Shown here in pieces: positions 8,221-16,248 of a stretch of 64,000 nt of DNA. The position numbers were made by a program, and so were the translations under genes. The stretch's first letter is position 1. Each line of letters opens with the position of its first letter. Location: positions 1,589 to 65,588 of the forward strand of contig CAZFMY010000027.1 of NCBI GenBank assembly GCA_964520345.1, written 5' to 3'. The DNA is from an uncultured Gemmatimonadaceae bacterium (GTDB taxonomy: Bacteria; Latescibacterota; UBA2968; UBA8231). Below the pieces are notes generated by a model. It ran no database searches, had not been told where the DNA came from, and saw nothing but the letters and a program-made list of their open reading frames with translations.

Positions 8221-10782
8221 ATGTTTTTGCCGGATCGTCGGATCGAGATTGTGCTGGTTGTTGCAATTGCGCTGATCGCGGGGTGGGTGCGTTTCGTCGG
8301 ACTGACGCGGGGGACCAGCGATTTTGTTCTGTCCGAGGCAAGCAACGGGGGGGTGAATTCTGCATTTTACACGTTTCATCCCGACGAGCAGACACTGATC
8401 AATGCGGCGCTGGCCCTGGATTGGCGCAGCCCTATTGATCCACCGCTAACCGCCTACGGTCTGCTCTCGCTTTATATGGCCCGCGCGGCTCTGTATGGAG
8501 AACGGACGCTTGATACAGAGCCGGCAGCGCGGTCGAGAATCTACCTGCGGGTACGCCTGCTGGCAGCGTTGCTATCGTGCGCTTTGCCGGCTATGGTGTT
8601 CTGGTTGGGCCGGAGGGTCATGGGCATGGGGCCGGCGCTTCTGGCTGCAAGTTTTACGGCCTTTACTCCGCTGGCCATACAGCAGGCGCATTTCTTCACA
8701 GTCGATGGAATATTCGCTTTTTTCGCACTGGCATTTTTCTGTGCGTTGAGTTGGGCGCTGGAGCGGCCAACCCGCGTTCGTTATCTGCTGGTTGGCCTGA
8801 TCATCGGCGCGGCGGCGGCGGTGCGGTTGAATGGAGTACTGCTGGGGCTGATGCTGGTGGTGGGGCATTGCTCCATGGATTGGCGGCAAGTACCGACGCG
8901 GTTGAGAGATCCCAGACTCTGGTTAGCGGTGGGCGGGGCGCTCGGCGTGCTTTTGCTCCTGCAGCCCTATCTGCTGCTGGATCCGGGTCGTCTCACGCGC
9001 GTGCATACGACCAATGACTTCGCGTATTCTTTGCAGGTGGCACAGGGAGAAGTACTGCGGCCCTGGTCTCTGGTGGATCTGCACACTGTGCCCTATGCGC
9101 ACTATTGGACCCACCTGTGGCCGCAGAGTGCGGGTTGGCCGCTGACGTGTTTCTTCGCCGGGGGATTGCTTCTGGCGCTATGGCGTCGCCGGGCTGATCC
9201 GATGCTGGTCTGGTGCTTGGTGTATTTTGCGCTGGTGGGCGGTTTGCACACTAAACACGTTCGCTACCTATTGCCTTTGTTGCCCTTCTTGAGTCTCTTT
9301 GCCGCGGACCTGTGTCGGGTACTGTGGAGTCGGCAGCGTCTGGTTGGAGGGGTGGGTGTGGCACTGCTGGTAGGGTACACGGTGTATTTCGGTTTGGCCT
9401 TTAGCGCCATCTATCGGGACGAGGACAGCCGGATCCAGGCCGGACGCTGGATCGCGGCAGAAATTCAGGCCGGATCGCGAATTGGGGTGGAGGCAGGAGG
9501 TTTTTCAATGCAGTCGCTTATCTCGGCGCGAGAGTTTACTCGTACTGGCCTCAATATGGGTACGCTCTTTGCCACTCGGGGTTATTTAGGCTGTGCGGCT
9601 GCAGCGAATTTCCTCGCCGAACGCGTGCTGACGATGGATTATATCGCCGCCGTAGATGTGAATCGCTATAGACAGTTCAGAGACGCACCTGGAGTCTCGC
9701 CGGTGGCCAGTGCGTTCTATCGCCGACTCTGGGATGGGACGCTCGGCTTTGAGCGAGTCCAGCGCTTCAAGGTCTATCCGCATTTTTTGGGGGTGCGTTT
9801 TGCAGATGATGCGGCCGAGCCTTCGTTTCTGGGCTACGACCATCCGGCGGTGTCGGTTTTCCGTCGACGTGAAGATGCGGTCGCAGTCTGGGCGGATTGG
9901 CAGCGGGAGGTGGTGCGGGATCCGCGCTGTGCCGATGCGGCGCTTGGGGCAGTGGGCGATCTTTTTCACACTGGTGATTGGCCAGAGGTACTGGCGGCAA
10001 TCCGCAATCTGTGCCAACAATATCCGGACCAGTACAGCCTTCATTTTATCGAAGCTATGGTATGCCACCATCTGGGTGATGTCGATGGGGAGCGGCAGGC
10101 GATGGGTCGCTATTTAGAACGAGTTCAGCAGGTTCCCGATCTCTTTCCCTGGGCGACGAGCACAACGCTGCTAGTCGCCGGATTGCCCGATGTGTCGCTG
10201 GCTGTATTGCGTCATGGAGCCCAATGGGCTGCGAAACTCGAACCGGGGTTGCGGCATCAGATGGCGAACTCCTTTGTGCTGGTTGGCGGCCAGATGCAGG
10301 ATCTGGGCTATCTGTCTCATGCGGCTACGGCGTATCGTCTGGCAGTCGATCTCGCACCGGGTGCTGCGACCTACATTGCGCTGGGAATGGTAGAGCATCT
10401 GCAAGGACGTGTCGAGGAATCTTCCCAAGCCTATCAGCGGGCGATCGAGTTGGATTCTGCCAATGCAATTGCACGGACGAACTATGGTTGGACTCTCTAC
10501 CTCAAGGGACGTCCTGCCCAGGCGGAAGAACAATTTCGCCAAGCTTTGGCGCTCGGATCGCAGAGTGCTGCGGCGTTTAATTTGGGTTTGGTGCTATTGG
10601 CACAAGGACGGGAAGAGGAAGCGCTGAAGGCGTACGGACAGGCGGTGGTAGCGCACGGCGCAGAAGAGGCGGTGCGGTTGGGGGCGGTAGAAGAGTTGCG
10701 CGCAGAGGTGGAACGTGGAGGAGGGGTGGGACGAACCATTTTGCAGCGCTACTGGGATGCGGGGCCCGATTCGTATCGCTGA
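8221..10782 (+). CDS. GT-C fold (GT39/PMT_2-like) membrane glycosyltransferase with C-terminal TPR domain, paralog 2
   Basis: Start set at ATG 8221 (MFLPDRRIEIVLV...), which aligns with the paralog 1 N-terminus and lies 1 nt after its stop. Shared blocks: FHPDE, DPP.TAYGLL, IQQ.HFF.VDG, DEDSRIQAGRWIAA, AEPSFL.YDHP. TPR repeats at the C-terminus. Confidence 0.7.
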   Translation: MFLPDRRIEIVLVVAIALIAGWVRFVGLTRGTSDFVLSEASNGGVNSAFYTFHPDEQTLINAALALDWRSPIDPPLTAYGLLSLYMARAALYGERTLDTEPAARSRIYLRVRLLAALLSCALPAMVFWLGRRVMGMGPALLAASFTAFTPLAIQQAHFFTVDGIFAFFALAFFCALSWALERPTRVRYLLVGLIIGAAAAVRLNGVLLGLMLVVGHCSMDWRQVPTRLRDPRLWLAVGGALGVLLLLQPYLLLDPGRLTRVHTTNDFAYSLQVAQGEVLRPWSLVDLHTVPYAHYWTHLWPQSAGWPLTCFFAGGLLLALWRRRADPMLVWCLVYFALVGGLHTKHVRYLLPLLPFLSLFAADLCRVLWSRQRLVGGVGVALLVGYTVYFGLAFSAIYRDEDSRIQAGRWIAAEIQAGSRIGVEAGGFSMQSLISAREFTRTGLNMGTLFATRGYLGCAAAANFLAERVLTMDYIAAVDVNRYRQFRDAPGVSPVASAFYRRLWDGTLGFERVQRFKVYPHFLGVRFADDAAEPSFLGYDHPAVSVFRRREDAVAVWADWQREVVRDPRCADAALGAVGDLFHTGDWPEVLAAIRNLCQQYPDQYSLHFIEAMVCHHLGDVDGERQAMGRYLERVQQVPDLFPWATSTTLLVAGLPDVSLAVLRHGAQWAAKLEPGLRHQMANSFVLVGGQMQDLGYLSHAATAYRLAVDLAPGAATYIALGMVEHLQGRVEESSQAYQRAIELDSANAIARTNYGWTLYLKGRPAQAEEQFRQALALGSQSAAAFNLGLVLLAQGREEEALKAYGQAVVAHGAEEAVRLGAVEELRAEVERGGGVGRTILQRYWDAGPDSYR

Positions 10783-11046
10783 TCTTATTGTGCACTTGAC
10801 ACGATTGGGCCTCTGCGGCTTTTTGTGCGAAGGACCGGAGGTTGATATGATCATTTCAAAAGGGTGTTTGGCAATACCGGTGCCGGAATTTCGGCTCTCG
10901 AGTTGGGCGTTGTATGTGTTGGAATCTGGTGGACGAGGACCAGGGGGCCGTAGAGATAGAGGAAGAAGTGCCGCGCGCGCCCGATCTGGTGTCCAGGATT
11001 CGCAAGGATCGGTGGTGGCTGCGATAAGAGCGGATCGCCTGTTGAG

Positions 11047-12702
11047 ATGAACGGGGCCGATCTTTTTGCTCAAGGCCTCAAAGTCCGGGGAGTGGAGTGG
11101 GTCAGTACCCTCTGTGGTCATGGTCTCAACGAGATTTATGCTGCCTGTTTAAGGGCGGGTTTGCGACTTGTTGATGTGCGTAACGAGCAGACGGCGGCCT
11201 ATATGGCTGAGTGTGCTGGCCGACTCACTGGTAGGGTTGGGGTTTGTGCCATAAGCAGCGGTGTAGCGCACGCTAATGCGCTGACCGGTGTGCTCAATGC
11301 TCACTTCGATGGGGCGCCGATCCTGCTTTTGACCGGGTGCGGCCCTCTGGCGACGGCCGGGATGGGGCATTTCCAGGACTTCGACCAGGTGGAACTGGCA
11401 GCGCCGATTTGCAAATACGCCCGGACCCTGAGTGCGCCCGAAAGAATTCTCGATGATCTGCACGCAGCCTGGGAGGCTGCGCTGATGGGGCGGCCAGGTC
11501 CGGTGCATCTGAGTTTTCCCATGGATCTGCAGACGGCTGAGGTAGATGAACGTCTGGGGCCGCCCGGTCTCGATAATCCGTCGCTCGTTCCTTGTACCAG
11601 AGGTTGTGCTGCACCGCTGCCCACTCTTGTGGACCTGAGGCGGGCAGCCGAATTACTGGCGGCGTCTGAGCGCCCCCTGATCGTGGCGGGGAGTGGTGTG
11701 TTTTACGCGGGCGGCGAAGAGCACTTGGCCGAATTTGCCGCAGCCTTTGCCGTACCGGTCTGTGTGCCTATCTGGGATCGGGGAGCGGTTCCGGGGCCGA
11801 TGGACGAATATCTTGGGGTCGTTGGTGCGGCTAGTGGAGGACCAGATTTTTTGCGCGATGCGGATCTGCTGATCGTATTGGGTGCGGCGGCGGATTATCG
11901 CGTGGGGTATTTGCAGGGTGAGGCCCGAGTTATACGAGTGGATCTGGACCCGGGGCGCCGGACTCAGTTACGGCGGGTGGATTTGGAGGTTGCGGCCGAT
12001 CCGGGACTTTTTCTGGCGCACTTGGAGGATGCGTGTATCGCAGCGCAGTTGCGCGGTTTCGAGGCCTGGCTCGACGAGGCGAAGCGGCGGCGGGACGAGT
12101 TTTGCGCGCTGATGTGGAAAGAGCCCAGTTCCGAACAAGAGGACGGACTGCACGCATTGGATATCATCCGTGCTCTGGATGCGATTCTCGATCCGGAGGA
12201 CGTCGTGGTTGTCGATGGCGGCAATATTGGCCAGTGGTTTCATCAGACGCTAGCGCGACGACGTTACCCAGGCCACTGGTTGAGTTGTGGTGCCAGCGGC
12301 GTAGTTGGCTACGGTATCGGTGGTGCTATGGCTGCGCGCTTGCTCTATCCCCGGCGGAGAGTGGTGCTGCTAAGTGGAGACGGGTCTGCGACTTTTAACT
12401 TGACCGATTTGGAATGCGCTGCTCGGCAGGAGTTGCCCTTTTTGATGATCGTTGCCGACGACCAGAGCTGGGGTATTACCGAGGTTGGTCACCGAGAGCG
12501 CTATGGTCAGGTGATGAGCAGTACGTTGGGGCCGGTGGAATTTGCCGAGGTCGCGCGTGGGCTTGGTGCTGTGGGCACCCGAGTGGAGCGGGCTGACGAA
12601 CTCGAAGAGATATTGCGCCGAGGTTTGACTGAGCGGGTTCCGGCTCTGGTGCACGTACCGGTAGTTGGTGGTATGCCCACAGCTGGAGATACGTTGAAAT
12701 AG
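11047..12702 (+). CDS. Thiamine-diphosphate-dependent enzyme (acetolactate synthase / oxalyl-CoA decarboxylase superfamily)
   Basis: 551 aa. N-terminal PYR domain with the catalytic Glu context VRNEQTAAYMAE, and RPGPVHLSFPMD. The C-terminal ThDP motif is GDG-x24-DD (12376..12462), with DD in place of the usual NN. Confidence 0.85.
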   Translation: MNGADLFAQGLKVRGVEWVSTLCGHGLNEIYAACLRAGLRLVDVRNEQTAAYMAECAGRLTGRVGVCAISSGVAHANALTGVLNAHFDGAPILLLTGCGPLATAGMGHFQDFDQVELAAPICKYARTLSAPERILDDLHAAWEAALMGRPGPVHLSFPMDLQTAEVDERLGPPGLDNPSLVPCTRGCAAPLPTLVDLRRAAELLAASERPLIVAGSGVFYAGGEEHLAEFAAAFAVPVCVPIWDRGAVPGPMDEYLGVVGAASGGPDFLRDADLLIVLGAAADYRVGYLQGEARVIRVDLDPGRRTQLRRVDLEVAADPGLFLAHLEDACIAAQLRGFEAWLDEAKRRRDEFCALMWKEPSSEQEDGLHALDIIRALDAILDPEDVVVVDGGNIGQWFHQTLARRRYPGHWLSCGASGVVGYGIGGAMAARLLYPRRRVVLLSGDGSATFNLTDLECAARQELPFLMIVADDQSWGITEVGHRERYGQVMSSTLGPVEFAEVARGLGAVGTRVERADELEEILRRGLTERVPALVHVPVVGGMPTAGDTLK

Positions 12703-12796
12703 AGGGTGGGAAGGCGCACCGTTAGTACGCGCTTAGTGCTCGAGGGTTTGGGGTTGCATCATTTATAGCGGTGGGGCCTGGTTCTTATGCGCGGGC

Positions 12797-13480
12797 TTAT
12801 CCTTCGTCGCGTACGAGGTTGACGAGGAGTTTGACTGCAGCTTCCGGGTCTACTTTTTCCGTATTAATCGTCAGGTCGTAGAGCAGAGGATCGTCCCAGT
12901 CGACCTGATGAAAATTGCGCAGATAGTTTTGTCGCCACTGGTCGTGTTGCTCGACCAGTTTTTGCGCCTGCTCGGTACTGACGTCGCGGTGTTGGATTAC
13001 CTCTTTGACCCGCATCTCGAGCGGAGCGACAATCTTGATATGACAAGCATCCGGATGATCGGCGAGAATGATCTGGCTGGCCCGACCGACCAGAACCGCC
13101 TTGCCGGTCTGGCCGAAGTCCTGCACCAGAGTGGTGATGAGCAATTGGTACGTGCCGCGATCGAGATAGGTGTTGCTGCTGCTGTCGTTTTCGCGCACAT
13201 AGGAGAACTCGAGTCCGAATTCGGGCGCATAGGCTGCTGCCGAAAGAGGGAAGGTCCCCGGTGCGACTTCGGGAACCAATAGTCTTTTGAGGAAGAATTT
13301 TAGTCGTCCTTCGCCCTTCTCGTCGTAGTGCTCGACTTCTTCGACCGAGGTATCGGTAATACTGGCGATTTCTTCGATTAGGTGACGGTCGACCAGTTCG
13401 TAGCCGAGCTCAGAGGCGGCTCGTTCGGCGATCCAGTCGCCGCGGCTGCCGATTTGGCGGGCAACAGTGATGACTGTCAT
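12797..13480 (-). CDS. Cytidylate kinase-like family protein (PF13189-like)
   Basis: 227 aa. The N-terminus ITVARQIGSRGDWIAERAASELGYELVDR is typical of the Cytidylate_kin2 family. Function unknown. Confidence 0.6.
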   Translation of the reverse strand: MTVITVARQIGSRGDWIAERAASELGYELVDRHLIEEIASITDTSVEEVEHYDEKGEGRLKFFLKRLLVPEVAPGTFPLSAAAYAPEFGLEFSYVRENDSSSNTYLDRGTYQLLITTLVQDFGQTGKAVLVGRASQIILADHPDACHIKIVAPLEMRVKEVIQHRDVSTEQAQKLVEQHDQWRQNYLRNFHQVDWDDPLLYDLTINTEKVDPEAAVKLLVNLVRDEG

Positions 13481-13621
13481 AAGCGTATCCTCAGCTTGGA
13501 GATAGAGGTCTGATCCAGGTACGGATTACATATTATAAGAGTCAGAGGCCGGGTATGTCAATATTGTCTATCGGGCTCTGTCCCGGTTTGCATCGGGCAG
13601 ACATAGTGGGTTGAGTATTGC

Positions 13622-14701
13622 TTATTGCACTTCTGGCCCAATGCGAATCGAATGAGTTTTGATGAGGCAGTAGACCGGATCGCCTGGTTTTAGTTCCAAT
13701 TCTTCGATTGCTTCAAGAGTGGTCTTGGCTGCTAGTCGTCGCCCGACGTCTATATAGACCAGCTCTTTCCCTCCCACATCAGTGATTTCGCTGATCGTTC
13801 CTTTCAAAGCGTTGCGGACGCTGAGGCCCACTGGGCGCTGGCGGGCGAGAATGATATCGTCGGCGCGGATGCCGATGAAGAGGCGGCTACCGGCGGGTTG
13901 GTTGCAGTAAGGGATTTTCAGCTCTTGGCCCTGGCAGCGGACCTGAGAGATGCCGCGTTGGGGGTCGGATAAAACGATTTCAACCGCCAGGACGTTTTCG
14001 AAACCGTGTTCTTCGACCAGGGGCAGGACTTCGGCGTTGGTCGCGATTTTGAAGAAGTCGCCGTGGGCGACGACTCGGCCTTTGTCAACGACGATGACTT
14101 GGCCAGTTAACTCCAGTATCTCGGCGACCGAGTGGCTGACGTAGATAATGGGGATCTCCAACTCGTCGCGAATGTGGCGCAGATAGGGGATGATTCGACT
14201 CTTGAGGCCCTGATCGAGCGAGGCCAGGGGCTCGTCCATCAGCAAAAGGCGTGGTGAGGAGAGCAGGGCACGGCCGAGTGAAACGCGCTGGCGCTCACCA
14301 CCGGATAGATGAGTTGGTCGGCGTTTGAGTAGTGCGCCAATTTCGAGCAGATCGACAATTTGGTTCAGTTCGAAGCGGCGCTCAAGTGCGGGAACCAGGT
14401 CGCGGCCGTAGCAGAGGTTTTCTTCGGTGCTCAAGTGGGGAAAGAGCAGATCGTCTTGGAATACGTAACCGATACCGCGTTTGTCGGGAGCAAGGTCGAT
14501 GTGCTGGGTCGATGAGTAGACGAGTTCGCCGTCTATTTCGATGGTGCCGAAATCTGGCTGGAAGAGGCCGGCGATCATATCGAGCAACGTGGTTTTTCCG
14601 GCGCCCGAGGGGCCGTAGATAGCAGTGACCGGATAACGGCATTCGATGTCGACGTCGAGTGCGAAGTGGGCGAGTTGATGTCGCAGGCGAAGGCTCAGCA
14701 T
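13622..14701 (-). CDS. modC: Molybdate ABC transporter ATP-binding protein
   Basis: Walker A GPSGAGKTT, signature LSGGERQRV, Walker B LLLMDEPL, and a C-terminal TOBE-like domain. Sits downstream of modA and modB. Confidence 0.9.
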   Translation of the reverse strand: MLSLRLRHQLAHFALDVDIECRYPVTAIYGPSGAGKTTLLDMIAGLFQPDFGTIEIDGELVYSSTQHIDLAPDKRGIGYVFQDDLLFPHLSTEENLCYGRDLVPALERRFELNQIVDLLEIGALLKRRPTHLSGGERQRVSLGRALLSSPRLLLMDEPLASLDQGLKSRIIPYLRHIRDELEIPIIYVSHSVAEILELTGQVIVVDKGRVVAHGDFFKIATNAEVLPLVEEHGFENVLAVEIVLSDPQRGISQVRCQGQELKIPYCNQPAGSRLFIGIRADDIILARQRPVGLSVRNALKGTISEITDVGGKELVYIDVGRRLAAKTTLEAIEELELKPGDPVYCLIKTHSIRIGPEVQ

Positions 14702-14702
14702 A

Positions 14703-15377
14703 TCAGCTCTGGTGCAGGCGTCGGGCGGACCACTCGCTGGCGATAAGGGCCAGGAGCGAGAGCGCGATGGAAATCAGCACCAGGCCTAGGGCGCGATCTT
14801 CGCCGCCGGGTTGGTTGAGATAGGTATAGATGGCCGAGGGAATCGTGCGGGTCTGGCCGGCGATATTGGCGGCAAAGGTAATCGTGGCGCCAAATTCGCC
14901 CAAAGAGCGGGCGAAGGTCAGCAGTGAGCCGACCAGGATTCCAGGCAGGGCCAGGCGCAGGGTTATCGTAAGAAATGTGTGCAAAGGGCCGGCACCAAGG
15001 GTGCGAGCGACGCGTTCGAGGCGAGGATCGACGTTTTCGATTCCTAGGCGCACTGCGCGCAGCATCAGCGGAAAGCCGACGACGGCCGAGGCCAGGGCTG
15101 CTCCCTTCCAGTCGAAGGCCAACTCGAGACCGATCGCGTCGAGCAAGGGGCCGAAAGTCCCGCGGCGGCCGAAGAGCAAGAGTAGCAGGTAACCCGTGAT
15201 GACGGGAGGTAATACCAGGGGTAGGTGGCAAAGACCGTCGAGCGCTATTTTGAGTGGGAATTCTTTTCGGGCCAGCAACCAGCCGAGGAGTATGGAGGGA
15301 GCGAGGCTCAATAGTACCGCACAAAAGGCCACGCGCAGCGAAAGCCAGAGAATTTGCCACTCCTCAGCGGTAAGCAC
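14703..15377 (-). CDS. modB: Molybdate ABC transporter permease
   Basis: The ORF is open to 15635. However, the ModB-like sequence begins at GTG 15377 (V-LTAEEWQILWLSLRVA), which overlaps the modA stop by 14 nt. EAA-loop-like ARSLGEFGATITFAANI. Confidence 0.85.
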   Translation of the reverse strand: MLTAEEWQILWLSLRVAFCAVLLSLAPSILLGWLLARKEFPLKIALDGLCHLPLVLPPVITGYLLLLLFGRRGTFGPLLDAIGLELAFDWKGAALASAVVGFPLMLRAVRLGIENVDPRLERVARTLGAGPLHTFLTITLRLALPGILVGSLLTFARSLGEFGATITFAANIAGQTRTIPSAIYTYLNQPGGEDRALGLVLISIALSLLALIASEWSARRLHQS

Positions 15378-16248
15378 GTTTTGTCTCGGATATAGTGAAG
15401 CCGTGTTTGCGGTAGAGATCGGTGGCCAGATCCGAACGCAGGAATTCGAGCAGACGGCGGGTTGCAGGGGTGGTGCGGCCTTTGACGATGGCCATCGGGT
15501 AGGTGATAGGCCGGTGCAACGAGTCGGGTATGGTCGCCATAATTTCGCTCCGGGTGCTCTGGGCGGCGTCGGTGGCATAGACCAGGCCAACTGCGCACTC
15601 GCCGCGTTCGACATAGACCAGTGCCGCGCGGACATCTGGAGCGGCGGCGATCCGACTTTTGAGCGCCGGCCACCAGCCCAGGTGTTCCAGGGCTTCGCGG
15701 GCGTAGAGGCCGGCTGGGACGTGGTCGGGGTCGCCCAGAGCTAAACGGCCGGAAAAGGAGGTGGGGAAGGCGAAACTCTTCTCGATGCGAATGGGGAAGG
15801 TTGCTCCTCGGGAGGCGATGACGACCAGCGCATTGCCGAGCAGGTCGGTGCGACTACCGCTTTCGATGTGGCCCCGTGTCTGAAGGTAGTCCATCCACTC
15901 GGCATTGGCGGCGAAGTAAATATCGGCCGGAGCTCCGGCTTCGATTTGTTTGGCCAAGATCGACGAACCAGCAAAGGAAAGGCTCATGCTTGGATAGTGA
16001 GGGGCCAATTCAGTGAGCGCCGAGCCCAAGCTGGCGGCGGCGAATACGGTTTGGGCTGGAGCTGTCCTGGTCCAGAGCACAAGCAGCAATGCGCTCAGCA
16101 TTATAAGTATAAATGCAGATCTAAAGTATTGGTCGGAGTTCGTACTCGTTTTGCAGATGCGGATTGGGGTTATTTGCAGGTTGGTCGACCTCGCCTGCGG
16201 CATGTACGCCCGGGTATCCATACCGAGTATGCGATCGTAGTTAGCCAT
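15364..16248 (-). CDS. modA: Molybdate-binding periplasmic protein (start uncertain)
   Basis: The mature part TVFAAASLGSALTELAP is typical of ModA, with a hydrophobic signal segment MLSALLLVLWTRTAPAQ. Candidate starts are at 16248, 16203 and 16101. The first overlaps the helicase stop by 8 nt. Confidence 0.8.
   Translation of the reverse strand: MANYDRILGMDTRAYMPQARSTNLQITPIRICKTSTNSDQYFRSAFILIMLSALLLVLWTRTAPAQTVFAAASLGSALTELAPHYPSMSLSFAGSSILAKQIEAGAPADIYFAANAEWMDYLQTRGHIESGSRTDLLGNALVVIASRGATFPIRIEKSFAFPTSFSGRLALGDPDHVPAGLYAREALEHLGWWPALKSRIAAAPDVRAALVYVERGECAVGLVYATDAAQSTRSEIMATIPDSLHRPITYPMAIVKGRTTPATRRLLEFLRSDLATDLYRKHGFTISETKRAYR

Noticed and set aside
10942-11010. Weak resemblance to a TPP riboswitch upstream of the ThDP enzyme: GGGGGCC...GCCC, GAUCUGG-UGU-CCAG, CGCAAGGA.
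   Set aside because: The near-invariant CUGAGA and ACCUGAUC elements are absent (UAGAGA and CCCGAUC instead). The P5 loop has 3 nt. The downstream gene is not a thiamine biosynthesis or transport gene. A cmsearch with RF00059 would be decisive; I expect no significant hit.
16102-16248. Looked for a molybdenum-cofactor riboswitch or a ModE operator upstream of modA.
   Set aside because: The region is either modA coding sequence or a 139-bp spacer without the conserved Moco-motif helices that I can recognise.
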